From Candidatus Bathyarchaeota archaeon (GTDB taxonomy: Archaea > Thermoproteota > Bathyarchaeia > Bathyarchaeales > Bathycorpusculaceae): a DNA stretch of 64,000 nt. The DNA lies in the NCBI GenBank assembly GCA_963717465.1, contig OY970340.1:1184001-1248000 (forward strand). The letters are read 5' to 3'. The notes under the pieces were generated by a model. That model ran no database searches and was not told where the DNA came from. It worked only from the letters and a program-made list of their open reading frames with translations. Positions 11,317 through 22,148 of the stretch are shown here, in pieces (positions within the stretch are counted from its first letter, which is position 1; each line of letters opens with the position of its first letter). The translations under genes and the position numbers were made by a program.

Positions 11317-11886
11317 ATGGATGAAGTGGACAAGAAAATTTTAGCTCAACTTCAGCAAGATGGCAGAAAAACACTTCAAGATCTCGCCCAAGGAACTGGA
11401 TTTACGAGCATGGGGATAAAGAAAAGATTAGAAAAACTTCAAAAGAACGGCACAATTAAAATTTCAGCTTTAGTAAATCCTGATGCCTTGAAAATTCGTA
11501 CAGCACTCGTAATGTTGGAAATGGAAAGTTCTCAATCGATGCAAAAACTGCTTAATCTTTGGAAAGATTGCCCGCGGGTCGTGCAAATGTTCAAGGCTAT
11601 CGGTAGCTATAACTTGATAGCCATTATTGTTGCAGAAGACCAAGATACATTAGAAAGTACTTCGATGGAAAAGTGCTCTTTAAGATGCTGCGAGGGAGTG
11701 AGGCGTTCTGAATTTTACCCACTTAGCGAAATTTGCTATTCACCTTTTTTGCAGATAAGAGAAAGTCTTGCTCATAAAGAAAAAACTCTTACACCCTGCA
11801 AGGTTGAATGCGAAACGTGTGAACGATTTAAAATTAAGAAATGCGTTGGCTGCCCAACCATCAAGAATTACAGAGGTCAGCTGTAG
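11317..11886 (+). CDS. Lrp/AsnC family regulator with Cys-rich C-terminus
   Basis: MDEVDKKIL..LQQDGR HTH; C-terminal CxxxCxxC...CxGCP. Confidence 0.85.
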   Translation: MDEVDKKILAQLQQDGRKTLQDLAQGTGFTSMGIKKRLEKLQKNGTIKISALVNPDALKIRTALVMLEMESSQSMQKLLNLWKDCPRVVQMFKAIGSYNLIAIIVAEDQDTLESTSMEKCSLRCCEGVRRSEFYPLSEICYSPFLQIRESLAHKEKTLTPCKVECETCERFKIKKCVGCPTIKNYRGQL

Positions 11887-12095
11887 AGCACGTTGATGAT
11901 AGACTGAAATATTAACGACAATGGCTTTTCAAAAGGTTGCTTTCTTGACCATTTCCGTAATTCAAAGATTTTTCACTCTCAACTGATTCTCAGCTGGAAT
12001 ACTATTTCTATTTAGTCGTTTAGTTAATATGGGTTATTCAAGGAAAAAATCTTTTTCATAAGGGTAAGTTTTAATAGTCCAAAGTTTGAAGTCCA

Positions 12096-12127
12096 GTCAG
12101 TAAAATAATTTACTGACAAAATTGTCA
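12096..12127. promoter_or_regulatory. Overlapping inverted repeats upstream of the hydrogenase operon
   Basis: GTCAGTAAA-N4-TTTACTGAC (12096-12117) and TGACAA-AA-TTGTCA (12114-12127). Confidence 0.45.
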
Positions 12128-12236
12128 AGAGGCGTAAAAGTCAAATGTCAAAAATTAAGGAGAAATCCTTAAATGTTGATGTGAAAAGCTTATCGATATG
12201 CATCCATAAACATGTCGGGAAAGAGAGGAAAATCAT

Positions 12237-12566
12237 ATGCTCTTGGAAGCATTAATTGCATTTGCACTAATACTTATTTCAACAATCATAATTTACGCTT
12301 TAGGTAAGCGTTCAGCGCCTAAGACAACCATAAGCGAAAACGAACAAGCGTCCTACGCTTGTGGAGAAAAGGTTTCGTACAGCGGATTAAGAATAAACGT
12401 ATCCTTATACAAGTACATAATCTACTTTGTAATTTTTGATGCTGCCGTTTTGCTTGTTGCTTTTTCTTCTTTTTCGCTAGAAGCGACTAACCCTCTTTAC
12501 ATGTTTCTTTACCTGGGCATAATACTTGCCGCAGGTTTGGTTCTCGTAGAAGGAGGTAAAGATTAA
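12237..12566 (+). CDS. NuoA-like membrane subunit
   Basis: 3 TM, YACGE, YFVIFD. Confidence 0.85.
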   Translation: MLLEALIAFALILISTIIIYALGKRSAPKTTISENEQASYACGEKVSYSGLRINVSLYKYIIYFVIFDAAVLLVAFSSFSLEATNPLYMFLYLGIILAAGLVLVEGGKD

Positions 12567-13120
12567 TGCCTAATGCGGTAACATGGGCAAGAGTTAAGTC
12601 TCCTTGGGTTTTACATTTTAATTCCGGCGCGTGCAATGGTTGCGACATAGAAATAGTTGCTTTGCTTACTCCCAAGTACGATGTTGAACGCTTCGGAATA
12701 AAACTTGAACCTTCGCCACGCCATGCAGACGTCCTGCTCGTAACAGGTTGCGTCACTCAGCAGTGTGCAGACCGATTAAAACGAATTTATGATCAAATGC
12801 CACAACCCAAATTCGTCGTAGCTATTGGAGCTTGTGCATGCTCAGGTGGAGTTTTCGAAGGAAATTACAACGTAGTTGGAGGCGCAGATAAAGTTGTTCC
12901 AGTTACCGCTTACATACCTGGATGTCCGCCTCGTCCAGAAGCACTTGTGGACGGGGTAGTTAAACTTCTAAATGCGTTAAGTCCGCCTAAACAAAAGAAG
13001 TCTGCTAAAGAAGAAAAACCTGCTGAATTACCTAAGGAAGAAGCAAAAACACAGAAAGACCCTGCCTCACAAGAGTCAGTACGAACAGTTGAGGAGGTAA
13101 AAGCAGATGCCAAACAATAA
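12566..13120 (+). CDS. NuoB-like / group 4 hydrogenase small subunit
   Basis: CNGCDIE, SPRHAD, GACA, IPGCPPRPE. Confidence 0.92.
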   Translation: MPNAVTWARVKSPWVLHFNSGACNGCDIEIVALLTPKYDVERFGIKLEPSPRHADVLLVTGCVTQQCADRLKRIYDQMPQPKFVVAIGACACSGGVFEGNYNVVGGADKVVPVTAYIPGCPPRPEALVDGVVKLLNALSPPKQKKSAKEEKPAELPKEEAKTQKDPASQESVRTVEEVKADAKQ

Positions 13121-14684
13121 AGTCGACGTTGTTAAGGTAATTGAATCCAAACTAGGTGGCAAGGTTCAAATTCAACTAGGGCAACTTGGCAAAGCCGCCG
13201 TAGTTGCAAATAATGGTTTACATAGGGACGTGATGAAAGCGATGGTTGACGCTGACGAGTACACCGCCATTGCAGCAATCACGGGTTTGGACCTTGGAAC
13301 AAACTTGGGTGTTTTGTATCATGTTCGCACTTCAGACGGATTGGTAACGATACGTGCAGAAGTTCCCAAGAGCGACCCGAAGATTCAAACAATAAATGAT
13401 ATTTCTCCAAGTGCCACATTTCATGAATTAGAAGTGGCAGACCTCTTTGGTGTAGTCTTCGAGGGAAATCTACTCCCTGGTCACTTTGTCTTATCAGAGT
13501 ATTGGCCGCAAGGCGTGTATCCGTTAAGGAAAGATGTTAACGCAAGCACAGTGAAGCTCAACCCGCCACCACCGACTGAAGAAACAAAAGAGTCTGAAAC
13601 TGAAAGGGTTGTAAAAATTATAATAGGTCCCCAACACCCAGCGTTGCTTGAGCCAGAGAAGTTTGCAGTAACTGTTGATGGAGAAACAGTAACAAAGGTT
13701 GAGCCCCGGATAGGTTATGTTCACAGGGGTATCGAGAAGGCGGCTGAGTCACGCACCTACATACAGGATGTTTACTTAATTGAACGAATCTGTGGTATAT
13801 GCAACACAGTTCATGCCTGTAACTTTGTTGAAGCAGTTGAAAAAATATTAAAGACTGAAGTGCCCCCGAGAGCCAAGTATCTTCGAGTAATAGCTTTAGA
13901 ACTTAACAGGTTACACAGTCATCTTTTGACTTTAGGTCACGCAGGATTAGAAATAGGTTATGAAACTCTTTTCCAGTATTTCTGGCGAGACCGCGAACCA
14001 ATCATGGATCTAATTGAGTTAACTAGCGGTAACCGCGTTTACTCTTCGCTTATGACTGTAGGCGGCGTAAGACGTGACATAAGAGATAACGATATTCCTA
14101 AAATAAAATCAACCTTGAAAGATTTGAGAGGAAAGCTACCTTTCTACCGCAAAATCTACGAGGATGAGCGTTCAATAAAGGCACGCATGCAAAACGTAGG
14201 CGTACTCAAACGAGAAGACGCTTTAAAACTTGGAGTAGTTGGTCCAGTAGCCCGCGGCTCAGGCGTAGATATTGATGTGCGCAAGGATGAGCCTTACGAA
14301 GCGTACGCTGAAATTCCATTCAAACTAATAGTCTACAATAACTGTGACACATGGGCAAGGATGAATGTTCGAATGGACGAAGTCGAAGAAAGCATCAACA
14401 TAATCGAGTACGTACTTGATCATTTACCCTCAGGACCCTTCAGAATTAAAGTACCCAGAAACGTACCAGCCGGCGAGGCGTGCAACCGCGTCGAAGCTCC
14501 AAGAGGCGAACTATTCTGTTACGTCAAGGGCAACGGCACAACTTCCCCTGATCGGGTTAAGGTTCGTACTCCAACTTATGCGAACATTCCAGCATTCTTA
14601 AAGACAGCAATAGGAGAGAGCATAGCTGATGTTCCTCCGAATTTTGTCAGCTTAGACCCATGCTTCTCATGCACAGATAGGTGA
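13107..14684 (+). CDS. Fused NuoC/D-like group 4 [NiFe]-hydrogenase large subunit
   Basis: NuoC-like N-domain (PLRKD), GPQHP, HRGIEK, L1 ERICGIC, L2 DPCFSCTDR*. Confidence 0.88.
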   Translation: MPNNKVDVVKVIESKLGGKVQIQLGQLGKAAVVANNGLHRDVMKAMVDADEYTAIAAITGLDLGTNLGVLYHVRTSDGLVTIRAEVPKSDPKIQTINDISPSATFHELEVADLFGVVFEGNLLPGHFVLSEYWPQGVYPLRKDVNASTVKLNPPPPTEETKESETERVVKIIIGPQHPALLEPEKFAVTVDGETVTKVEPRIGYVHRGIEKAAESRTYIQDVYLIERICGICNTVHACNFVEAVEKILKTEVPPRAKYLRVIALELNRLHSHLLTLGHAGLEIGYETLFQYFWRDREPIMDLIELTSGNRVYSSLMTVGGVRRDIRDNDIPKIKSTLKDLRGKLPFYRKIYEDERSIKARMQNVGVLKREDALKLGVVGPVARGSGVDIDVRKDEPYEAYAEIPFKLIVYNNCDTWARMNVRMDEVEESINIIEYVLDHLPSGPFRIKVPRNVPAGEACNRVEAPRGELFCYVKGNGTTSPDRVKVRTPTYANIPAFLKTAIGESIADVPPNFVSLDPCFSCTDR

Positions 14685-15703
14685 TAAAAATGATCGATGC
14701 TTCGCTAATTTTACAAATACTAATCTTCCCAGGTTTTGTATTTATTTTACTCTTAACTTTGATCTGCGACTGGATTGAGCGGAAAATTGAAGCTCGCATG
14801 CAGAATCGTGTTGGTCCCATGGTTGCGGGTCGAGGGGGGATTCTTCAACCGTTTGCTGATTTCATTAAACTTTTGACAAAAGAGGATATTGAGCCAAGAA
14901 ATTCCAAAAAGATAATTTTTACCGCAGCGCCATTGATAGCTTTCGCCCTTATGGTTTTCGCAATGTGTTTTTTGCCTATAGATAGTCCAACCTCAATCTT
15001 AGGATTCAACGGTAGCTTAACTGGTGGGTTCAACGGCGACTTAATTGTTATCTTAGTGCTTGTTACAATTGCGAATTTTCTCTTGTTCCTTGCAGGATGG
15101 GCTTCATGCAATCCCTATAGCACTATTGGCTCAGCAAGAGTCCTGACCCAGTTTCTGGGTTACGATATACCGCTTTTCTTGCTCGCACTCGCACCGGCAT
15201 TCTTAGCTGGAAGCCTGCAAATATCCACGATTGCTGCAAGCCAAACTTTTCCATTCATACTTTTAGCACCATGGGCTTTCGTTCTTTTTATTATAACTAT
15301 GCAGGCAGAGCTTGAAAAAGATCCCTTTGATGTTCCACACGCAGAAAGTGAAGTAGTCGGAGGATTGTCAACTGAGTATACAGGAGCTAAACTTGCTTTT
15401 CTCCACTTAACAAACGATGTCCAAATTATTTTTGGCTCCGCCTTAGTTGTTGAACTGTTTCTAGGTGGACCATACGGGCCAGTATTCTTCGGTCTGCCAG
15501 CCTTTTGGTATACCTTATGGTTTATAATTAAACTCTTGATAGTCGTGGTGATTACCGAGTACATTTCGGTTCTATTTGCACGGTTGCGAATTGACCAAGT
15601 GTTATCATTTAATTGGAAAATAATTTTGCCTGCTGCCGTATTATCGTTGATGCTTACTTATGCGATGATATTATGGGTGTACCACCCATTCGGAGTGTTG
15701 TAA
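14681..15703 (+). CDS. NuoH-like subunit
   Basis: ERKIEARMQNRVGP, QPFADFIKLLTKE, PFDVPHAESE. Confidence 0.92.
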   Translation: MIKMIDASLILQILIFPGFVFILLLTLICDWIERKIEARMQNRVGPMVAGRGGILQPFADFIKLLTKEDIEPRNSKKIIFTAAPLIAFALMVFAMCFLPIDSPTSILGFNGSLTGGFNGDLIVILVLVTIANFLLFLAGWASCNPYSTIGSARVLTQFLGYDIPLFLLALAPAFLAGSLQISTIAASQTFPFILLAPWAFVLFIITMQAELEKDPFDVPHAESEVVGGLSTEYTGAKLAFLHLTNDVQIIFGSALVVELFLGGPYGPVFFGLPAFWYTLWFIIKLLIVVVITEYISVLFARLRIDQVLSFNWKIILPAAVLSLMLTYAMILWVYHPFGVL

Positions 15704-15705
15704 AA

Positions 15706-16086
15706 ATGACAAAGAAATCACGTCTATCTCCAATGTGGAAAAGAACTGTTTCGCACCTGTTTACGAAACCTGCCACAACCAAATACCCGTTTGTAAAAGC
15801 AAAGGTTGCTGATGATTTCCGAGGTGAACAAGTCTTCAACATTGACTTGTGCGTAAGTTGCGGTCTTTGCAGTAGAGATTGCCCAGCTAAAGCGATTAAA
15901 ATGATTGAAGTAAATGGCAAAAAACGACCTCAATTCTTGCTTGATAGGTGCATTTTCTGTTACCAATGTGCTGATAGCTGCCCTAAAAACGCAATAAAAA
16001 GCTCAACCCTATTCGAGCTAGCTACAACTGATAAATCATCGCTAGTTATAAATCCTAAAGCCAGTTCCAGCGGAGGCGCAAAATAA
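15706..16086 (+). CDS. NuoI-like 2[4Fe-4S] subunit
   Basis: CVSCGLCSRDCP and CIFCYQCADSCP; start chosen at ATG 15706. Confidence 0.9.
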   Translation: MTKKSRLSPMWKRTVSHLFTKPATTKYPFVKAKVADDFRGEQVFNIDLCVSCGLCSRDCPAKAIKMIEVNGKKRPQFLLDRCIFCYQCADSCPKNAIKSSTLFELATTDKSSLVINPKASSSGGAK

Positions 16087-16547
16087 TGTTATTTGAAATT
16101 TTATCAATTGGTTTAGTAATTTGCGCTTGCTTGGCACTCTTTTTAGATGAGGCTGTTTATTCAGTTGCAGCTTTAGCGGGCTGTTTCCTCTTTACAGCAT
16201 TAATTTATGGGCTAGAGGGTGCTGTTTACGCTGCCGTTTTCCAATTTGCTGCTGGTGTTGGAACCTGTGCAATATTATTCTTGTCAGGAGAACTTCTAAG
16301 CAATAAAGCCGCAAAGAAGACCTCCATAAACAAGGCGCTTGGCCTGGTTGTTGCAGGGTTTATTTTATCTTTGCCCGCTCTGTTTCTTTCAATTTCTGGC
16401 CCCACAACTGCAACCACAAATGTCTCTTTCGGCGACGCTTTGTGGAGCTTAAACGGGTTGGATGTGATTCTGCAAGGTTTAGTTTTGTTGACTGTGGCTA
16501 CAGGAATAGTCATTGTACTGTATGAAAAAAGGAGTGGTGGTAAATAA
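16086..16547 (+). CDS. NuoJ-like subunit
   Basis: Hydrophobic; position between nuoI- and nuoK-like genes. Confidence 0.75.
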   Translation: MLFEILSIGLVICACLALFLDEAVYSVAALAGCFLFTALIYGLEGAVYAAVFQFAAGVGTCAILFLSGELLSNKAAKKTSINKALGLVVAGFILSLPALFLSISGPTTATTNVSFGDALWSLNGLDVILQGLVLLTVATGIVIVLYEKRSGGK

Positions 16548-16882
16548 TGGGATTCGTCATATTTTCTGTTGACTTTGTCATACTATCTGTCGTATTGCTT
16601 GCAATAGGCATCTATGGGTTGCTTACTAATCGACAACTATTGAAAATTTTCATTTCTATTGAATTAATCGCTATTGCTGCAACTTTGAATTTTGTAACGC
16701 TTTCTTCCACTAACACTATAGGTTTAGGTCAAGCTTATTCGGTCTTGGCATTTTCAACTGACACTGCCGTGAGTGCAGTGATTTTAGCGTTGCTTGTTGT
16801 GGTATCGAAAAAGTTTGGAACAAGCGATGTCGGTCAAATCCTAAAGATAGCGAGTGAAGATAAAGACGAGGTTGAATCGTAA
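16547..16882 (+). CDS. NuoK-like subunit
   Basis: GIYGLL..R, SIELI, 3 TM. Confidence 0.85.
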   Translation: MGFVIFSVDFVILSVVLLAIGIYGLLTNRQLLKIFISIELIAIAATLNFVTLSSTNTIGLGQAYSVLAFSTDTAVSAVILALLVVVSKKFGTSDVGQILKIASEDKDEVES

Positions 16883-18828
16883 TGGTTTCATTTTATGATG
16901 TTTCTGCATGGCTTGTATGGGTCTTACCGCTTGTTTCAAGTTGTTTTGTTCCTCTTATCGCGAAGATCGGAGGTAAAGCAAGAGATGCCTTTGTGATTCT
17001 TATCTCTGCTGTTACTGCGTTTTTTGCATTTTCACTAATACCTAGCGCCTTATCGGGGACAACTTTATCGCAAATTCCATGGCTTCCAGGCATACAGGCA
17101 GGAGGCTTAGACGCGGGAGTGTACGTAGATTCACTCAGTGTTTTGTTTACTTGTCTTATCGCGTTCTTCGGGATAATCATTCTAGTCTACTCTTTGGGTT
17201 ACATGAAAAAAGAGGAAGGTTTAACAAGGTACTACTTCTACATGCTACTTTTCATAGGCTCAATGATAGGTCTTGTGATCTCGGATAACCTTCTCCAATT
17301 GTTCATTTTCTGGGAGATGGTTGGTTTATGCTCATACGCTTTAGTTTCATTTTGGTATAAACGAAAAGAATCAGTTAATGCAGGCAACAAAGTTTTTATA
17401 ATGACACGTATCGGGGACGCATGCCTTTTAGCAGCGATAGGATTACTTTACGCTGCACCTCTGGTAAATGGACAGCCCATTCTCTCCTTCAGCATACAAG
17501 ACATAATGGCTAAACTGTCAACAGCAACTACCGGAAACTTGAACGCTGGGCTTTTAGTTTTAACATTCTTTTTAATTTTAGGCGGAGCTATTGCTAAATC
17601 AGCTCAACTCCCATTATTCACTTGGCTATACAGTGCAATGGAAGCCCCAACGTCAGTTAGCGCCCTTCTGCACGCGGCTACAATGGTAAAAGCAGGTATC
17701 TACCTTCTCTCAAGATTCATATTAATTGCCACAGTGGCGACTCCTATAATCCTTGCACTTCAACCAGCCTGGTTCCCAGCGGTTGCTTGGATAGGTGTTT
17801 TAACAGCGTTTATCGGAGCTACACTCGCCATTACTACCACTGATATTAAAGGAGTACTTGCCTACTCAACCGTTAGTCAAATCGGCTTCATGATGGCTGC
17901 CTTAGGCAGTGCCATTGCGGGTTCAGCAAGCGTCGGCTGGTTCGCAAGCTTGTCCCAAATGGTAAGTCACGCTTTCTTCGAAGGTCTCGGATTCCTCCTC
18001 GCCGGAGGCATCATCCATGCGCTTGGAACTCGAGACATGCGTTCGATGGGCGGTTTAAGAAAAGCTATGCCCATATCCTTCATTTTAATGCTTATAATGG
18101 TCATAACCACTAGTGGTCTGCCACCGTTTGCCGCATTTTTCAGCAAAGGCTTGGTCATTTCAAGTGTAACAGACGTAAGCCTAATACAAGGAATAATACT
18201 TTACATCTCTGCAGCAATCACATTCGCTTACTGCATAAGAATGTTGTACTTGGTGTTTCTCGGCAAAGAATCTGCGCTTTTGCAAAAGCAGCATGTGCAT
18301 GAGGCTCCTTATATCATGCTTATCCCAGCTGCAATACTTGCGGCATTGTGCATTGTTTGGGGTTTAGCCTTGCCAGCAGTTGCTAGTTTTATGCAAGTAA
18401 GTAATACAGGATTAACATCGTTTAGTTCATTCATCTCTAGTTCATTCATCGGAACTGAAACGGGAATTTTTCTAGCAATTCTACTGCCCACTGCTTTGCT
18501 CGTCTACTTGGCTTACTGGAAGAACAACATGGCAATACGAAGTGTAGGCGGAGGCTCAAATCCAATTTCAAAATTACTAGGGCACGCTTACTTCTTTGAC
18601 GGTGCTTACTATGCTATTGCCGAAGGATTCATGAAGTTTTCAGACGGTATTAAAATTGTTGAGGATTCAAGCACACGACTTCTTGATTCATTTGGATCAG
18701 GTTTAGTGCATGTTTCCTCAAGGCTCAGAAAAGTGCCTTCAGAAACTTATCAGAATTTAATCGTTGCTGCCTTAATCGGCTTGGTTCTTGTCATCGTGCT
18801 ATTAATATTGACTGGGATAGGGGTGTAA
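16882..18828 (+). CDS. NuoL-like antiporter subunit
   Basis: FWEMVGLCSY, KSAQLP, AMEAPTSVSALLHAATMV. Confidence 0.92.
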   Translation: MVSFYDVSAWLVWVLPLVSSCFVPLIAKIGGKARDAFVILISAVTAFFAFSLIPSALSGTTLSQIPWLPGIQAGGLDAGVYVDSLSVLFTCLIAFFGIIILVYSLGYMKKEEGLTRYYFYMLLFIGSMIGLVISDNLLQLFIFWEMVGLCSYALVSFWYKRKESVNAGNKVFIMTRIGDACLLAAIGLLYAAPLVNGQPILSFSIQDIMAKLSTATTGNLNAGLLVLTFFLILGGAIAKSAQLPLFTWLYSAMEAPTSVSALLHAATMVKAGIYLLSRFILIATVATPIILALQPAWFPAVAWIGVLTAFIGATLAITTTDIKGVLAYSTVSQIGFMMAALGSAIAGSASVGWFASLSQMVSHAFFEGLGFLLAGGIIHALGTRDMRSMGGLRKAMPISFILMLIMVITTSGLPPFAAFFSKGLVISSVTDVSLIQGIILYISAAITFAYCIRMLYLVFLGKESALLQKQHVHEAPYIMLIPAAILAALCIVWGLALPAVASFMQVSNTGLTSFSSFISSSFIGTETGIFLAILLPTALLVYLAYWKNNMAIRSVGGGSNPISKLLGHAYFFDGAYYAIAEGFMKFSDGIKIVEDSSTRLLDSFGSGLVHVSSRLRKVPSETYQNLIVAALIGLVLVIVLLILTGIGV

Positions 18829-18832
18829 TAAA

Positions 18833-20368
18833 ATGTCGTTTGCTCTTTTATCAGTATTTTTGATTCCAACTTTAAGCATACCATTCGTTTACTTAGTAGG
18901 AAAGAAATCAGCTAAAGCTGCAGCAGTATTCGTTTCTCTAATTGCTCTAGTCAACATAGCATTACTTTTAACGACTGTGCCAACTATTCTTAATAGCTCT
19001 AGCCACCAGTACATTGAATCCTACACATGGATTTCTGCAATTAACACATCATTTACTCTTTTCACCGATGGCATCAGCGTCTCCATCGCAACAGTCTGCC
19101 TATGCCTTATTCTAGCAGCCGCAATTTTCTCAATTTCGCATTTCGCAGGAAAAAAGAACCTGCCAGTTTACTACGCGTTGTTATGCATGCTTACCGTCGG
19201 CTCAGTCGGAGTTTTCCTAACATCCAACCTAATTCTATTCTACTTCTGCTGGGAAATGATGCTTATCCCCGCATTCTTCATCGTCGGAGAATGGGGAGGC
19301 AAAGACTCATACAAATCAGCATTTAAACTCTTCATATACACTCACATCGGAGCCGTTTTCGTCCTCTTAGGCATAGGCGCAACCTATGTTGCAACGGGTA
19401 CAACCGACATGTTTGCAGCCCAAGCTGCTCTACTATCAGCGAGTCCAACACTTGTCGAATGGATTCTCATATCCTTCACAGCAGGGTTCGCCGTTAAAAT
19501 GGCTGTTATACCAGTTCATATGTGGCTGCCTGATTCCTACTCTAACGCGCCGCCAGCAATGTCAGCTTTGCTAGGTGGAGTTCTGAGCGCCGCAGGAGCA
19601 TACGCACTTCTACGCATTTCTCTTGGTATGGTCTTCCCCGCAGTTAGTTTAACATTCGCAACAGATTTCCTGTATGCATTGTGCATAATCGGAGTACTTT
19701 CTGCCTTTTTCGGATCATTCATGGCATTATCGTCTAAAGATATGAAACGCATCATCGCATACTCAAGCATCAGCCATATGGGTTACATAATGTTTGGGTT
19801 TTCGCTTTTTCCATTGAGCCCTGTCGTCGGAATTACCATAGCAATTAGTGGAACCGTGCTTCACATAATCAACCATTCTTTAAGCAAAGGTCTTTTCTTC
19901 CTCGGCGCAGGAGGAGTTGAAAACCAAACATCCGAGAGAGACATTGGCAAAATGGGTGGATTAGCAAGCAAGATGCCTTTCACAGCAGTTTCAACAACAA
20001 TAGCCGCCTTAAGCATAGGCGGAGTGCCTCCGTTCGCATGCTTCATCAGCGAATTTCTAATATTCGTCGGCGCTTTCCAAGTAATAGGCGGCTCCATAAG
20101 CAGCTTCTATATCATACCCACAGCGCTTATGCTAGTAGCAACAATACTTTCACTTGCTTATTCGCTAAGATTCACTTCGCAAGTTTTTCTCGGGCAGTCA
20201 CACGATGGAAGCGTTGAAGCTAATATTAAAGGAGAAAGTGAACGGAAAGTCGTTGACGTACCTAACTACATGAAATTGTCCTTTGCAATCTTAGTTGTAT
20301 TGGTAATTCTTGTTGGTATTTTCCCAACATTCTTCTTGAACTTAATTCAAACGGTGAAAATAATTTAA
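18833..20368 (+). CDS. NuoM-like antiporter subunit
   Basis: WEMMLIP, PVHMWLPD, AYSSISHMG. Confidence 0.9.
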   Translation: MSFALLSVFLIPTLSIPFVYLVGKKSAKAAAVFVSLIALVNIALLLTTVPTILNSSSHQYIESYTWISAINTSFTLFTDGISVSIATVCLCLILAAAIFSISHFAGKKNLPVYYALLCMLTVGSVGVFLTSNLILFYFCWEMMLIPAFFIVGEWGGKDSYKSAFKLFIYTHIGAVFVLLGIGATYVATGTTDMFAAQAALLSASPTLVEWILISFTAGFAVKMAVIPVHMWLPDSYSNAPPAMSALLGGVLSAAGAYALLRISLGMVFPAVSLTFATDFLYALCIIGVLSAFFGSFMALSSKDMKRIIAYSSISHMGYIMFGFSLFPLSPVVGITIAISGTVLHIINHSLSKGLFFLGAGGVENQTSERDIGKMGGLASKMPFTAVSTTIAALSIGGVPPFACFISEFLIFVGAFQVIGGSISSFYIIPTALMLVATILSLAYSLRFTSQVFLGQSHDGSVEANIKGESERKVVDVPNYMKLSFAILVVLVILVGIFPTFFLNLIQTVKII

Positions 20369-20380
20369 AGGTGAAAACTC

Positions 20381-21844
20381 ATGGTTGAACTAATAGACGT
20401 AATATCACCAATTCTTACCTTAGTTATTGCCGCGTTACTAACAATCCCTATACTACGAGCGATACGAACAACCTCTCATAAAACTGCCCTCACACTAGTC
20501 TGGTTCATAGCAGTCTTCGCCATCGCAGGCACACTAGTAGCAAACTTAGCCTCAAATTTCTACGCCTCACCAGGAACCATTACTTTGTCATTAACTAGCG
20601 GCGTCAACTACCTTTACTCAAGCACTTTTCTGGTAGACACAATATCAGTTTTCATGACAATACTCTTGATAACGATAAGCTCAGTAGTCGTAATTTACAC
20701 TGTATTCGCCGTGGGTAACAACGAAAAAATTTCAGAACGATATTTTGCAATAATGCTTATAATCACAGCCGCTTTACTTGGCGCTGTACTCGCAGGCGAC
20801 CTTCTAACGCTCTTCATATTCTGGGAAGTAGGATCGGTTGGTGCAGCCTTCTTAATGCTCTACAAGCGAAACGCCCTAAGCATAAATGCATTTTTAAAGT
20901 ATCTAATTATGATAACTATTGCTTCCGCTTTAGTAGTTTTTGGGCTGTCACTGATTTATGGTCTAACTGGAACGCTTAACTACTTAGCAGTTAGCCAACT
21001 CTTGCACACGATAGGTAGTAATGACGTTTTGGTATTGGCATTCATATCCATCTTTGCGGGATACGCTATTGAAGCTGCGGTTGTGCCTTTTCACTTCTGG
21101 CTGCCAGATGCATACACTGCTGCTCCAGCTTCATCAGCAGCCTTCCTGTCAGCGCTCGTTGACCAAGCCAGCTACTACATACTCATCAGAGTCTTACTTT
21201 ACATTCTGTTGCCCTCAACTCTTAACTGGACAATAATGTTAGCCATAATGGCTGCTTTAGCCATGATCATCGGCAACTTGTTTGCCCTAATACAAACCGA
21301 CATAAAACGTATGGTAGCATACATCTGCGTCGCTGACGTAGGCTACAACTTGGTAGCAATTACAAGCCAAACAGTACTCGGCTTAGAAGGAAACCTTTAC
21401 TTCCTTTTAATCGGAGGTATAACAACCGCTCTTGCATTCATGGTTGTCGGTGTAGCAAACAGTCAAGGATTCAAGAGTCTTGATGATTTTTCAGGCTTAG
21501 GCAAGAAAATGCCACTTGTATGCTTAGCCTTGGTAATGGCTGGATTATCGTTTGCTGGTGTTCCACCCTTTGGCGGGTTCACAGGCAAATTCCTAGTCTT
21601 CACAGCAGCGATAGAATCAAACCTAAGTTGGCTAGCAGTAATCGGCGTCTTAACAAGCGTCCTCCAAGCAGCAATCCTATTCAGGCTAACATGGGTCATG
21701 TACGGAAAGAAACCAAAAATCGAAGCAACAATAAAAGAATCAAAAAACCTTTTAATCCCAATCTTCATCTTAGCAGGCGCATTAATAATCCTAGGGATAT
21801 TCCCAAACATAGTCTTAAACCTCATCCACTCAGTAACAATATAA
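20381..21844 (+). CDS. NuoN-like antiporter subunit
   Basis: PFHFWLPDAY, GVPPFGGFTGK. Confidence 0.9.
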   Translation: MVELIDVISPILTLVIAALLTIPILRAIRTTSHKTALTLVWFIAVFAIAGTLVANLASNFYASPGTITLSLTSGVNYLYSSTFLVDTISVFMTILLITISSVVVIYTVFAVGNNEKISERYFAIMLIITAALLGAVLAGDLLTLFIFWEVGSVGAAFLMLYKRNALSINAFLKYLIMITIASALVVFGLSLIYGLTGTLNYLAVSQLLHTIGSNDVLVLAFISIFAGYAIEAAVVPFHFWLPDAYTAAPASSAAFLSALVDQASYYILIRVLLYILLPSTLNWTIMLAIMAALAMIIGNLFALIQTDIKRMVAYICVADVGYNLVAITSQTVLGLEGNLYFLLIGGITTALAFMVVGVANSQGFKSLDDFSGLGKKMPLVCLALVMAGLSFAGVPPFGGFTGKFLVFTAAIESNLSWLAVIGVLTSVLQAAILFRLTWVMYGKKPKIEATIKESKNLLIPIFILAGALIILGIFPNIVLNLIHSVTI

Positions 21845-22148
21845 CCCAAGACGAAATAGCAAAGATTCAACTAGCGCTGAGACATTAACGAAGCCGGGAA
21901 GCCATTAATTACATTACTTTTTAACTCTAATTTCTTGAATTAAAAGGCCAGCTGAATTTAGTTGCTTTCTTTAAGATGGACTGGTATGCACCTCAAATCA
22001 GAATTCGCTTTCTAAAAAATTTTGATTACCTCTATACTCAAATGTCGTGTTTTCCTACTAAGAATTAGACTAATAGAATTTTGCTGCCTGGCTAATTCAT
22101 CTTTCTGAAGGATTTTAAGCAATGTTTTTGTTTTTTTCGTGCGCGTAT

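Noticed and set aside
22031..22065. Possible left end of a third tRNA-Glu element (TCTATACTC ... CGTGTTTTCC)
   Set aside because: Two short matches in opposite orientations and no tRNA core; too weak
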